This document shows positions 52,396-62,886 of a stretch of DNA of 64,000 nt, piece after piece. The first letter of the stretch is position 1; each line of letters opens with the position of its first letter. The notes beneath the pieces are model-generated. The model searched no databases. It saw nothing but the letters and a program-made list of their open reading frames with translations, and was not told where the DNA came from. The position numbers and the translations under genes are program-made. This DNA is from an uncultured Acidobacteriota bacterium (GTDB lineage: Bacteria; Acidobacteriota; Thermoanaerobaculia; UBA5066; Gp7-AA6): the NCBI GenBank assembly GCA_963764715.1, contig CAVXTP010000022.1, positions 384,001 through 448,000 of the forward strand, read 5' to 3'.

Positions 52396-53913
52396 TCAGG
52401 CGAGGCGGGCGAGCTCGCGCTCGATGGCCTCGCTCGACAGGAAGCGTCTCGCGCTCTCGAGGTCGGTGTGGAGCTCCCGGTCGTGGTCCCAGGCCCGGAC
52501 CGTCCGGCGGAAGGCCCGCCGAACCCGCTCGATCGGGGCCGAAGAGGTCAGGGGACGCAGGAACTCCATCGCCTGGAAGGCCGTCATGAGCTCGATCGAG
52601 AGCACCCGCTCGAGGTTTTCGACGATCGCGGCGAGCTTGCGGGCGGCGATCGGCGACATCGAGACGTGATCCTCTTTGGCCGCGGAGGTCGGGATCGAGT
52701 CCACCGAGGCGGGATGCGCGAGGATCTTGCACTCGGACACGAGACCCGCCGCGGTCACCTGGGCGATCATCAGGCCCGAGTGGAGGCCGCCTTCCTTCAC
52801 CAGGAAGGCGGGAAGATCCGAGAGCGCGGGGTTGACCAGCTTTTCGATCCGCCGCTCCGAGATCGAGGCGAGGTCGGTCGCCGCGATGGCGGCGTAGTCG
52901 AGGACCGTCCCGACCGGGGCGCCGTGAAAGTTCCCGCCCGAGACGATGTCCCCCCGGCCGGCGAAGACCAGCGGGTTGTCGGTCGAGCTGTTCATCTCGC
53001 GCTCGAGGACGGCCCGCGCGTGGGCGAAGGCGTCGCGCGCCGCGCCGTGGACCTGGGGCATGCAGCGGAGGGCGTAGTTGTCCTGGACTCGGCCGCAGCC
53101 GCGATGGGACTCGCGGATCGCGCTGCCGGCGAGGAGCCCGCGGAGGTTGGCCGCGCTCTGGAGGGCGCCGGGGTGCGGCCGCGCGCCGACGATCCGCCGG
53201 TCGAACGCCGTGTCCGAGCCCCGGGAGGCGTCGAGCGAGGCCGCGCCGACGAGGTCCGCGGCGCGGGAGAGGGCGAGGGCGCGATGGAGCGCGAGACCGC
53301 CCACCGCGACCGACATCTGGACCCCGTTGATCAGCGCGAGCCCCTCCTTGGCCGCGAGGGCCACGGGCGCGAGGCGGGCGGATCTCAACGCGGAGGCGGC
53401 AGGCTTCTCCCGCCCCCGGACGCGCACCCGTCCTTCGCCCATCAATCCGAGCGCGAGGTGAGAGAGGGGCGCGAGATCCCCCGACGCGCCGACGGAGCCC
53501 TGGGAGGGGATGATCGGCAGGATGTCCGCCGCGAGCATCCCGAGGAGCGCCTCGACCGTCGCAGTGCGGATGCCGGAGTTGCCCCGCGCGAGCGCGTTCG
53601 CGCGGAGGACCATCATCGCCCGCACGGCTTCGTCCGGGAGCGGCGCGCCGACTCCCGCGCAGTGGCTCCGGATGAGATTGCGCTGCAGGCTCTCGAGCTC
53701 CGCCGGCGGGATCGCGACGTCCGCGAATTTCCCGAAGCCCGTGGTCACCCCGTAGACGCGGGCGTTCGAGCGCACGGCCCGATCGACCACGCGGCGCGAA
53801 GCGGCGATCGCACGCCGGGCCGAAGGCGCCAGGGTCACGCGCACCTCCCGCCGTGCGACCGCGGCGAGATCGTCCAGGGTCAGACCCTCGCCGGCGAGCC
53901 GTATGATCTTCAT
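52396..53913 (-). CDS. hutH: Histidine ammonia-lyase
   Basis: [20 protein letters not shown] (MIO), GGNFHG, EDHVSM. Confidence 0.97.
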   Translation of the reverse strand: MKIIRLAGEGLTLDDLAAVARREVRVTLAPSARRAIAASRRVVDRAVRSNARVYGVTTGFGKFADVAIPPAELESLQRNLIRSHCAGVGAPLPDEAVRAMMVLRANALARGNSGIRTATVEALLGMLAADILPIIPSQGSVGASGDLAPLSHLALGLMGEGRVRVRGREKPAASALRSARLAPVALAAKEGLALINGVQMSVAVGGLALHRALALSRAADLVGAASLDASRGSDTAFDRRIVGARPHPGALQSAANLRGLLAGSAIRESHRGCGRVQDNYALRCMPQVHGAARDAFAHARAVLEREMNSSTDNPLVFAGRGDIVSGGNFHGAPVGTVLDYAAIAATDLASISERRIEKLVNPALSDLPAFLVKEGGLHSGLMIAQVTAAGLVSECKILAHPASVDSIPTSAAKEDHVSMSPIAARKLAAIVENLERVLSIELMTAFQAMEFLRPLTSSAPIERVRRAFRRTVRAWDHDRELHTDLESARRFLSSEAIERELARLA

Positions 53914-53994
53914 CGGGGGCCGATTCTAAGCTGACACCGCCCGCGAACTCTGTTAGCCTGCCCTGCTTTTTCGGCCCCAACGAGGAGAACGCGC

Positions 53995-55305
53995 GTGAAG
54001 GTCCTGGCCGTCCTGGGCGGACAGTGGGGAGACGAGGGCAAGGGCAAGCTCGTCGACCTGCTGTCTAACCGATTCGACATCGTGGCCCGCTATCACGGCG
54101 GCCACAACGCCGGCCACACCGTGAAGTTCGGCAACCAGCACTTCGCCCTGCACCTGCTGCCGGCGGGAGTCGTCCGCGGTCGGACCGCCATCATCGGGCC
54201 CGGCGTCGTCGTCGACCTCGAGGCGCTGCTGACGGAGATGGACGCGCTCCGGGCGGCGGGCGTCGAGATCGGCGAGAACTTCCGGCTCTCCGACCGCGCT
54301 CCCGTCATCCTTCCCTACCACCGCCTTCTCGACGCGGCCCGGGAGAGCGCGGCGGGAGAGGCGAAGATCGGCACGACGCTGCGCGGCATCGGGCCGGCGT
54401 ACGAATCCCTCGCGGCCCGGCGCGCGATCCGTGTGGCCGAGCTCTACCGACCGTCGACCCTCGCCGCCCGGGTCCGGGCGGTGGCCGAGGAAACCGGAAC
54501 TCTGCTGCGCGCGCTCGGGGTCAAGGACGTTCCGACGGCGGACGCCGTCCTGGCCATGCTCGCGCCCGCGGCCGAGCGGCTTCGCCCCCACGTCGGCGAC
54601 ACCGGACGGTTCCTCCGCAACGCCTTGAAGGGCGGATCGACCTTGCTCGCCGAGGGCGCCCACGGCGCCATGCTGGATCTCTCAGCCGGGACGTACCCCT
54701 TCGTGACCTCGTCCCACTGCACGTCGGCGGCCGTCGCCTCGGGTCTCGAGATCGCTCCCCGAGCGCTCGAGGCGAGCATGCTCGTCCTCAAGGCATACTC
54801 GACGCGGGTCGGCTCCGGCCCCTTCCCCACGGAGCTCCACGAGGAGACGGGCGAGTTCCTGCGCAAGAGGGGCAACGAGTACGGGACCTCGACGGGTCGA
54901 CCCCGCAGGACCGGCTGGTTCGACGCGATCGTCGCTCGGACGGCCGTCGAGCTCTCGGGCGCCGAGGCCGTCGCGATCACCAAGCTCGACTGCCTCGACG
55001 AGCTCGAGGAGATCCCGATCTGCCTCGGCTACAAGCTCGACGGCAAGCCGGTCTCGGACCTTCCCCCGCTCGCCGAGGACATCGCCCGCCTCGAGCCCGA
55101 GTACGAAAAGCTGCCGGGCTGGAAGTCCGTCACGACCGGCGTGACGAGGTACGAAGAGCTCCCCGCGGCCGCGCAGCGCTACGTCCGCGCCCTCGAGGAC
55201 GCGATCGGCGCGCCGGCGGTCTTCGTCTCGACCGGCCCCCGCCGCGAGGAGACCGTCTGGCGGTCGGACACGCCGTTCCTCAACGGCCTGCCGCCCGCGA
55301 AGTAA
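53995..55305 (+). CDS. purA: Adenylosuccinate synthetase
   Basis: QWGDEGKGK, GGHNAGHT, GTYPFVTSS, TGRPRRTGW, TKLD. Confidence 0.97.
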   Translation: MKVLAVLGGQWGDEGKGKLVDLLSNRFDIVARYHGGHNAGHTVKFGNQHFALHLLPAGVVRGRTAIIGPGVVVDLEALLTEMDALRAAGVEIGENFRLSDRAPVILPYHRLLDAARESAAGEAKIGTTLRGIGPAYESLAARRAIRVAELYRPSTLAARVRAVAEETGTLLRALGVKDVPTADAVLAMLAPAAERLRPHVGDTGRFLRNALKGGSTLLAEGAHGAMLDLSAGTYPFVTSSHCTSAAVASGLEIAPRALEASMLVLKAYSTRVGSGPFPTELHEETGEFLRKRGNEYGTSTGRPRRTGWFDAIVARTAVELSGAEAVAITKLDCLDELEEIPICLGYKLDGKPVSDLPPLAEDIARLEPEYEKLPGWKSVTTGVTRYEELPAAAQRYVRALEDAIGAPAVFVSTGPRREETVWRSDTPFLNGLPPAK

Positions 55306-55320
55306 ACTCCTCCTCACGGT

Positions 55321-55397
55321 GGGCCGTTAGCTCAGCTGGTTAGAGCATCGGCCTTTTAAGCCGGTGGTCCTGGGTTCGAGTCCCAGACGGCCCACCA
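55321..55397 (+). tRNA. tRNA-Lys (TTT)
   Basis: GGGCCGTTAGCTCAGCTGGTTAGAGCA-TCGGC CT TTT AA GCCGG-...GGTTCGAGTCC...GGCCCACCA. Confidence 0.96.
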
Positions 55398-55492
55398 AAT
55401 CCGGCGCCCCGGAGGGCGATAGACTCGCCCGCCAGGAACGGGCCGGCGCGCTCGATACCGCCAGACCCGCCTCCGAGAACGGAGCACGTGCC

Positions 55493-58312
55493 ATGCGAAC
55501 CTGGCGCCCAGCCGTTTGGGGTCTGGCCGGTGTTCTTCTCTCGAGCTGTCTCCACGCCGGCGTCAACCGCTGGACGACGCAGGGGCCGCTGACGGGCTAC
55601 GTCGACGCGCTCGCCGTCGACCCCGCATCGCCCGACATCGTTTACGCGGGCACGCGCCTCGGCGGTGTCTTCAAGAGCGCGAACGCAGGAGCGCACTGGA
55701 GCTCCGTGAGCCAGGGCTGGACCTACTTCGAGGGCGGGTTCTGGCCGCTCGCGCTGGCGATCGACCCGCAAACACCCTCGACGATCTATGCCGGAACGGC
55801 GGGAGGCGGGGTCTGGAAATCGACGGACGGCGGCAACACCTGGCGGCAGCGAGCGGATGGATTCGACCCCGTCGCGAAGACCGTCAACGGCCTCGCGATC
55901 GATCCCTCGCAGCCCGACACCATCTACGCGGCGACCAACAACGGCGTGTTTCGGAGCGTCGATGCGGGTTGCACGTGGGTTTCTTCCAACAGCGGCCTTC
56001 CGACCAATCCCACCTACTTCTACACGAACACGATCCAGATCGATCCGGCCGATCCCGCGACCTTGTACCTCGGCACCTTCGCGAACAGCCTCTTCAAGAG
56101 CACGAACGCCGGCGCGACCTGGTTTCCGGCGGGCAATGGCCTGCCCTACACGAACGTTTCCACGGTCGTCATCGATCCGGTCAACTCGACGCATCTCTTT
56201 CTCGCCGACGGGTTCTACATTCCCGACATTGGCGGCGGCACCGGTCTCGTTCTCGAGAGCGACGATGCCGCGGTCAGCTGGCATCCCGCGAGCACGTCCC
56301 TGCCCGACGGCTTCTACGGGTCGATTGCCTTCGACCCGGCGTCGCCCTTGACGGTCTACGCCGCCAGCCGTGGTCTGGGAGTCTTCCGAAGCGATGACGG
56401 CGGCGCCACCTGGTTTCCGAAATCCGCAGGCCTGCTGGACCTGCGGGTCGGGCCGCTGGCAGTCGGGCCGGGACAGCGCCTGGTCGCCGGCACGGACGGG
56501 TTCGGCGTGTTTCGAAGTGACGACGGGGCGGCCCACTGGGCGGCGGTCCCCACGGGGTTCGACGCGGCCCTGACGACGGGACTCTCGATCGGCGTCTCGA
56601 ATCCGGATGTCATCTTCGCCAGGGGCGAGTTCTTCCTGGACGGGCTCGCCCGCAGCGCCGACGCGGGACAGACCTGGCAGGTCGTCGGAAACGGGCTCCC
56701 GAGGCCTTCCGCGACCTATGCCGTGGCCGTCGATCCCGAGGATGCCGACGTCGTCTACGTGTCTCAACCGATCGCGGACGGCGGCCCCTGGGCCTTCAAG
56801 AGCACCAACGGCGGCGACACCTGGACGCAGATAACCACATCCGCCCTTTACGACAGGATCTACTACTTCTCCTTCGATCCCTCCGACCCCCAGGTGGTCT
56901 ATGCCGGGGGGTTCCTTTTCCACTGGTCCAACGACGGCGGGGCGACGTGGATGACTTCCTCGACTCCCCTCAACTTCCCCAGCCCGATCCTGGCGCGGCC
57001 GGGCGAGCCTCTGATCACCCTCTCTTCGCCGACGTCGTACACGAGGTACCCGTATCTCAGCACGGACGGCGGAGACACGTGGATCCTCTCCGCCACGGGA
57101 TTGCCGGACGCGACGGCCACGCTCGCCGCGGACCCCTCAGACGGTTCCCGCCTCTACGCGGGCACGCCCGGCCACGGGATCTACGTCTCGACCGACAGCG
57201 GAGCGACATGGACGCCGACGGGGGCCCCCGCGAACATCACCTTCGGCTCAATCGCCGTCGATCCCGGCGACTCGACCCATCTCGTCGCGACGGCGCAAGC
57301 GTACGTTCCGCCCGACACGACGCCGCCCGCCCTGGTGGCCTATCCCCCGCAAGGCGTGCTCGAGACCCGCGACGGCGGGGCGACCTGGGCGCCCCTCAAT
57401 CGCGGCCTCGATCCTCCGGCGCTTCAGGCGCTGGAGGTCGCCTTCGCTCCGGACGGGCAGACGATCTACCTGGCGACGCCGCAGAGCATCCAGGACTATT
57501 CGTTCTCGGCGTCACCGTGGCCGGCGCCCGGTCTCGTCACTCCGTCGAGCGGTCCCTCCGCGGGCGGCACGGCCGTGACGGTCGGAGGAAGAGCCTTCCA
57601 GATCGGCGCCGTGGTGTCCGTCGGAGGAAATGCGGCGACGGGCGTGACGGTCGTCGACACGGCCTCCATCACCGCCACGACGCCTTCCGGCGCGGCCGGG
57701 GCCGCCGATGTCCTCGTGCGTAACCCGGACGGCCAGTTCGAGACTCTGCCCCGCGGGTTCGTGTACGACTTCGACGACGTTCCGGCCGGGTCGGACTTCC
57801 ACTCCGGAGTCGTCCGGCTGGCCCAGGCCGGCGTGACGGCGGGCTGCGGCGGGAACAACTTCTGTCCGGCCGACTCGCTGACGCGCGGTCAAATGGCCGT
57901 GTTCCTCGAGAAGGCGCTGCACGGGCCCGATTTCGATCTCCCGAAGCCCCCGATCCATTTAGACGACGTCCTGCCCTGCTCCCCGGAAGGACCGTTCATC
58001 CTCCAGCTCGCATCCGAGGGCCTGACGGTCGGATGCGGCATCGACGTCTTCTGCCCCGACGCGCCCAACACCCGGGCGCAGGGCGCGGTCTTCATTTTGA
58101 AGGCGGTGCACGGCTCCGCTTACGAGCCGCCCCCGGCGACGGGGACCGTCTTCAGCGACGTCCCGGCGGGAGCGTTCGCCGCCGACTTCATCGAGCAGCT
58201 CGCCGCCGAAGGGCTGACGGTCGGCTGCGGGGGCGGCCTCTTCTGCCCCGACAATCCGCTCACCCGGGGCCAGGCGGCCGCGTACATCGCGCAGAGTCTG
58301 CTGGCGCCCTAG
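55493..58312 (+). CDS. Exported protein: BNR/Asp-box beta-propellers + IPT/TIG domain + 3 SLH-like repeats
   Basis: Signal peptide; many S-x-D-G-G-x-T-W boxes; PSSGPSAGGTAVTVGG (TIG); GxTxGC...CP...TRxQ repeats. Confidence 0.88.
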   Translation: MRTWRPAVWGLAGVLLSSCLHAGVNRWTTQGPLTGYVDALAVDPASPDIVYAGTRLGGVFKSANAGAHWSSVSQGWTYFEGGFWPLALAIDPQTPSTIYAGTAGGGVWKSTDGGNTWRQRADGFDPVAKTVNGLAIDPSQPDTIYAATNNGVFRSVDAGCTWVSSNSGLPTNPTYFYTNTIQIDPADPATLYLGTFANSLFKSTNAGATWFPAGNGLPYTNVSTVVIDPVNSTHLFLADGFYIPDIGGGTGLVLESDDAAVSWHPASTSLPDGFYGSIAFDPASPLTVYAASRGLGVFRSDDGGATWFPKSAGLLDLRVGPLAVGPGQRLVAGTDGFGVFRSDDGAAHWAAVPTGFDAALTTGLSIGVSNPDVIFARGEFFLDGLARSADAGQTWQVVGNGLPRPSATYAVAVDPEDADVVYVSQPIADGGPWAFKSTNGGDTWTQITTSALYDRIYYFSFDPSDPQVVYAGGFLFHWSNDGGATWMTSSTPLNFPSPILARPGEPLITLSSPTSYTRYPYLSTDGGDTWILSATGLPDATATLAADPSDGSRLYAGTPGHGIYVSTDSGATWTPTGAPANITFGSIAVDPGDSTHLVATAQAYVPPDTTPPALVAYPPQGVLETRDGGATWAPLNRGLDPPALQALEVAFAPDGQTIYLATPQSIQDYSFSASPWPAPGLVTPSSGPSAGGTAVTVGGRAFQIGAVVSVGGNAATGVTVVDTASITATTPSGAAGAADVLVRNPDGQFETLPRGFVYDFDDVPAGSDFHSGVVRLAQAGVTAGCGGNNFCPADSLTRGQMAVFLEKALHGPDFDLPKPPIHLDDVLPCSPEGPFILQLASEGLTVGCGIDVFCPDAPNTRAQGAVFILKAVHGSAYEPPPATGTVFSDVPAGAFAADFIEQLAAEGLTVGCGGGLFCPDNPLTRGQAAAYIAQSLLAP

Positions 58313-58370
58313 CGGCTGTCGCCGAACCCGTCAGCCGTGGACTCCGGGCGTCGCCGTGCGCGAAAAGGCC

Positions 58371-59015
58371 TCAGGAGAGGTTGTGCTGACGCGCGAACGC
58401 GACGGCCGCGATCCGCGTGTGGACGTCGAGCTTCTGGAGGACGCTGTTCACGTGGTTGCGGACGGTGACGGCGGAAATGAAGAGTTTGAGGCTGATCGCA
58501 GCGGTCGACAGACCCTCGACGAGACAACGGAGAATCTCCCGCTCCCGCGCCGTGAAGGACACCGTTTCGCCTCCGTCGGTCACGATGGGCTCGAGGGGCT
58601 CGCGCGATTCGGAGCTCGTCCGGCTCACGGTCGGCGAGACCGTGGTTTCGCGGAGTATGTGGACGAGTGTCGCGAGGGCCGGGTGGTACGAGGGTATGGA
58701 AAAGAGCGAACTCAAGACGGTCCTTGTGGAACCGTCGGCCGCCTGCACGTTCAACACGAAAGGACAAACGGGGCGCGCGCGATCTTCGCGCGCCTGGTGC
58801 GCGGCCGGACAACTTTGCTGGCAGTACTCGTTGTCGTTTCCGTCCCGACCCTTGACGACTTCGTGGCAAGGTTTCCCCATCACGGAGCGCGCCGGCAACC
58901 CGACCAGTGATTCGCAGGCCTTGTTCCAGCGGATGATCCGATTGCGCGCATCCATGACAAACACGGCTTCGCCGCTCCGAGAGATCCGATCGACGGTCTC
59001 ACCGAGAGATTTCAC
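58371..59015 (-). CDS. PAS + LuxR-type HTH transcriptional regulator
   Basis: PAS AVFVMD...WNKACESLVG; LuxR FTAREREIL...GLST..I...LFIS..TVRNHV..VLQKLDV; GTG 59015 with a G-rich RBS. Confidence 0.88.
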   Translation of the reverse strand: MKSLGETVDRISRSGEAVFVMDARNRIIRWNKACESLVGLPARSVMGKPCHEVVKGRDGNDNEYCQQSCPAAHQAREDRARPVCPFVLNVQAADGSTRTVLSSLFSIPSYHPALATLVHILRETTVSPTVSRTSSESREPLEPIVTDGGETVSFTAREREILRCLVEGLSTAAISLKLFISAVTVRNHVNSVLQKLDVHTRIAAVAFARQHNLS

Positions 59016-59264
59016 GGCAGCCCCCCAAAGTCGTTCCTGGCGGACGCGGGCTGGCAAGCAGGCGAGGGTCCGGAACGGTTCATCTCGCATCATACGTCTC
59101 AAACGAACGAAAACGGATTCGCTCGGGCCGAACTTCGGCGGGTGCGACATGACAAGAAGTAACCTGCTGAATCCATTGCTCCAATCCGATCGGCCCGGCG
59201 GGCTGCCGTGCTACTCTGACGCCTCGTGCGTCGTCTCGCGCGCCTTCGAGCCAGACTTTCTGAA

Positions 59265-60233
59265 ATGACCCGGGCATCAGCGCACGGCGCCGCTCCTCCC
59301 CCGCCGAGAACAGCGATCGAGATCTACGACGAGCTCGTCGCCAGTCTCGCGTTCGATCCGAAGCACCCGGCCTGGCTTCCCGCCCTTCGGGACGTGCATC
59401 GGCACTCCCGCTCCCGCCGTCTTCAGGTCATTCCGGACTTCTTCTACACACCCGTCTTCTCCCCGTCCGATCTGCCGAACGCGGTCTGGGACGCGACCTT
59501 TCCGGACTGCGGCCGGTTCGATCTCGCCGCGCAGCGGGCGTATCTGGCGGACGCGGCCGCGTTTCGGGACGAGCTCGCCGCCTTTCCGGTCGAGGCCGGC
59601 GCGGCGGCGGAGACGACGTACTACTGGAACAACGACCAGTTCAGCCATGCCGACGCCGCGCTCTACTACGCTCTCATTCGGCGGCTGCGGCCGAGGCGCG
59701 TCGTGGAAGTCGGATCCGGACACTCGACCAAGCTCGCGCTCGAGGCCGTCCGGAAGAACGGCACGGGGTCGATCCTCTGCATCGAGCCGCACCCGCCCGC
59801 CTGGCTCCGGACGATGTCGGGCCCGATCGAGGTCCAGCCCGTGCCGGTCCAGGACGCGTCCGAGTCGGTATTCCTCGACCTCGGGCCGGGCGACATCCTG
59901 TTCATCGACGGCTCGCACATCTCGAAGACCGGTTCCGACGTCAATCATCTCTTCCTGCGCGTCCTTCCGAGGCTCCCGGCGGGCGTCCTCGTCCAGGTCC
60001 ACGACATCTGCCTGCCGTTCGAGTACGCGCGATACTGGTCGGAAGAGCACTTCCTCTACTGGAACGAGCAGTACGTTCTGGCCGCCCTGCTCGCCAACAG
60101 CCGAAAGTTCGAGGTGCTCGTCGGCGTCTATTACCTGCACAAGACGGACCCGAGCGTTCTGCGCGCGCTGATCCCGGATCTGCCCGGAGTGCTGCCGGGA
60201 GGCGGGAGTCTCTGGCTGAAGACGATCGCCTGA
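59265..60233 (+). CDS. Class I SAM-dependent methyltransferase (Methyltransf_24-like)
   Basis: VVEVGSGHST, LFIDGSH, VHDI, WNEQY. Confidence 0.85.
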   Translation: MTRASAHGAAPPPPRTAIEIYDELVASLAFDPKHPAWLPALRDVHRHSRSRRLQVIPDFFYTPVFSPSDLPNAVWDATFPDCGRFDLAAQRAYLADAAAFRDELAAFPVEAGAAAETTYYWNNDQFSHADAALYYALIRRLRPRRVVEVGSGHSTKLALEAVRKNGTGSILCIEPHPPAWLRTMSGPIEVQPVPVQDASESVFLDLGPGDILFIDGSHISKTGSDVNHLFLRVLPRLPAGVLVQVHDICLPFEYARYWSEEHFLYWNEQYVLAALLANSRKFEVLVGVYYLHKTDPSVLRALIPDLPGVLPGGGSLWLKTIA

Positions 60234-60297
60234 CCCGCGTCCCGGCCGCGCCGCGGCGACATGGACTCCGGCCGCATGTCGTGGGAGAGTGCGCGCC

Positions 60298-62847
60298 ATG
60301 AGCTCGACGACGATTCGCCTTGCGGCCCTCGCCTGCCTGATCGCCGGCTTCGCCTCCGCTCCCGCCTCGCTCGCGGAGCGCCAGCCGGTCCTGAAGCAGA
60401 TCAACGAGCCGCACCCCTACTACTACCGGGAGATGTACCTCCCGCAGGTGACGAGCGGGCCGAGCGCGGCGGCCTGGTCACCGGACGGAACGGAGCTCGT
60501 CTACGCGATGCAGGGCACGCTCTGGCGGCAGCGGCTCGGCTCGGACGAAGCGACGCAGCTGACGGACGGGCCGGGCTACGACTCCGAGCCGGACTGGTCG
60601 CCGGACGGGAAGCAGATCCTCTACACGTCCTACCGCAACGACGCGCTGGAGCTCTGGGTCCTGGATCTTTCCGACGGGTCCGCCCGGGCGCTCGTCGCGA
60701 ACGGGGCCGTCAATCTGGACGCTCGGTGGTCGCCGGACGGCTCGCGGATCGCCTACGTCTCGACCGCCTTCCAGGGCCGCTTCCACGTGTTCGTCCTCCC
60801 GGTCGCCGCCGGAAGGGCCGCCGGCGACGCGACGCGCATCACGGAGGACGTCGACAGCAAGCTCCCCCGCTATTACTACTCGAAGTTCGACCAGTACCTC
60901 TCGCCGACGTGGTCGCCGGACGGAAAGGAGGTCATCCTCATTTCCAACCGGGGCGACGTCTGGGGCTCGGGCGACCTCTGGCGCATGGAGGCGCGGCCGG
61001 GCGCGCCCATGCGGCTCGTGCGAAAGGAGGAGACCAACTGGAAGGCGCGGCCCGACTGGGCGCGCGACGGAAAGCGCGTGGTCTACAGCTCGTACCTCGG
61101 GCGCCAGCGCAACCAGCTCTGGCTGACGACGGCCGAGGGCGGGAGCCCGTTCGAGCTGACGTACTGCGAGTGCGACCACACGCGGCCGCGCTGGTCCCGC
61201 GACGGCCGGCGCATCGCGTTCGTCTCGAACGAGGACGGCAACGTCTCGCTCCGCGTGGTGGCCATCCCCGATGGGACCGTCGAAACGGTCGCCGCTTCGA
61301 AGCGACGGTATCTCCGGCCGACCGGCGCCCTCCACGTGACCGTCACCGACGCCTCCGGCGCGCCGGTGCCCGTCCGCTTGTCGGTCACGGGCGCCGACGG
61401 CCGGGGCTGGGCGCCCGACGACGCATGGCGGCACGCCGACGACGGGTTCGACCGGAAGGTGCGGCCCTTCGAGATCACGTATTTCCACGCGCCCGGCGCG
61501 GCGGAGCTGACGCTTCCGGCGGGCCGGTACACGGTTCTCGCGACGCACGGTCTCGAGTCCGCGCCGGCGAAGGTCGTGGTCGACGTCGTCGCCGGGAGCA
61601 CGGTCGCCGCGAGCCTCCGGCTCGAGCGCCTGATGGACCTCCCGTCCCGGGGCTGGTGGAGCGGAGACCTGCACGTTCACATGAATTACGGCGGCGCCTA
61701 CCGGAACGACCCGGCGCGCCTGTGCGCGCAGGCCGAAGCCGAGGACCTGCACGTGGTCGAGAACCTCATCGTCAACAAGGAGCAGCGGATCCCGGACGTC
61801 GCGCTCTTCCGCGGGAGCCTCGACCCGGTCTCGACCGCGGCGACGCTCGTCCGGCACGACGAGGAGTTCCACACGAGCTGGTGGGGCCACACCGGGCATC
61901 TCGGTCTCACCCGGAACCTGATCCTGCCCAACTACGCGGGGTACTTCGACACGGCCGCGGCGAGCCTCTTCCCCGACAACTCGACGATCTTCGACCTCGC
62001 GCACGCCCAGGCGGGCGTCTCCGGCTACGTCCATCCCTTCGACCCGCCGGCGCCCGACCCCGACGGCCCCGACGCGCTGACGAACGCGCTGCCGGTCGAC
62101 GTCGCGCTCGGGAAGAGCGACTACCTGGAGATCGTGGGATTCTCCGACCACCGCATCACGGCGGACGTCTGGTACCGGCTGCTCAACTGCGGATTCCGGA
62201 TTCCCGCCGGGGGCGGCACGGACGCGATGGCCAACTACGCGTCGCTGCGGGGACCCGTCGGCATGAACCGCGTGTTCGTCCGCTCGGGGCCGGAGCTCGA
62301 CGACAGGACCTGGCTCGCGGGCCTGAAAGCCGGGAAGACCTTCGCGACGAATGGTCCCCTCCTGTCCTTCACGCTCGACGGCCGTGAGATCGGCGACGAG
62401 ATCGCGCTGGCGCCGGGCGCCCGGACCCTGACCGCCCGGGTCGAGATGCGCTCTCTCGTGCCCGTCGAGAAGCTCGAGATCGTCTCGAACGGCGCCGTCG
62501 TCGCCACGGTGCCGATGTCTGCGGGTGGGACGCGGGCGGACGCCACGCTTCCCGTCCCGGCCGGGGGCAGCGGCTGGTACGTCTTGCGCGCGTGGTCGGC
62601 CGGCGCGGCGGAGCCGGTCCTCGACATCTACCCGTACGCCACGACGAGCCCGATCTACGTGACGGTTGGCGGCCGCCCGGTCCGGAGCGCGCCGGATGCG
62701 AACTTCTTCGTCCGCTGGATCGAACGCCTCGAGTCGGCGGCCGCCGCGCACGCCGGGTGGAACACCGCGGCGGAGAAGTCCGAAGTCCTGGAGCGGCTCG
62801 CGGCCGCCAGGGCGGCGTTCCGGAAACGGGCCGACGAGGCCCGGTAG
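60298..62847 (+). CDS. PD40/TolB propeller + CehA/McbA-type PHP metallohydrolase, exported
   Basis: Signal peptide; WSPDG repeats; WWSGDLHVH, WGH, YVHP, WYRLLNCG, GGTD, ATNGP. Confidence 0.85.
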   Translation: MSSTTIRLAALACLIAGFASAPASLAERQPVLKQINEPHPYYYREMYLPQVTSGPSAAAWSPDGTELVYAMQGTLWRQRLGSDEATQLTDGPGYDSEPDWSPDGKQILYTSYRNDALELWVLDLSDGSARALVANGAVNLDARWSPDGSRIAYVSTAFQGRFHVFVLPVAAGRAAGDATRITEDVDSKLPRYYYSKFDQYLSPTWSPDGKEVILISNRGDVWGSGDLWRMEARPGAPMRLVRKEETNWKARPDWARDGKRVVYSSYLGRQRNQLWLTTAEGGSPFELTYCECDHTRPRWSRDGRRIAFVSNEDGNVSLRVVAIPDGTVETVAASKRRYLRPTGALHVTVTDASGAPVPVRLSVTGADGRGWAPDDAWRHADDGFDRKVRPFEITYFHAPGAAELTLPAGRYTVLATHGLESAPAKVVVDVVAGSTVAASLRLERLMDLPSRGWWSGDLHVHMNYGGAYRNDPARLCAQAEAEDLHVVENLIVNKEQRIPDVALFRGSLDPVSTAATLVRHDEEFHTSWWGHTGHLGLTRNLILPNYAGYFDTAAASLFPDNSTIFDLAHAQAGVSGYVHPFDPPAPDPDGPDALTNALPVDVALGKSDYLEIVGFSDHRITADVWYRLLNCGFRIPAGGGTDAMANYASLRGPVGMNRVFVRSGPELDDRTWLAGLKAGKTFATNGPLLSFTLDGREIGDEIALAPGARTLTARVEMRSLVPVEKLEIVSNGAVVATVPMSAGGTRADATLPVPAGGSGWYVLRAWSAGAAEPVLDIYPYATTSPIYVTVGGRPVRSAPDANFFVRWIERLESAAAAHAGWNTAAEKSEVLERLAAARAAFRKRADEAR

Positions 62848-62886
62848 CCGGGGCCCGGCTCTCGCCGAGCCCCGGGGGCCGAAGCT

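Noticed and set aside
50697-53913. hutH-hutU without hutI/hutG
   Set aside because: Split hut clusters are common; the other genes may lie elsewhere.
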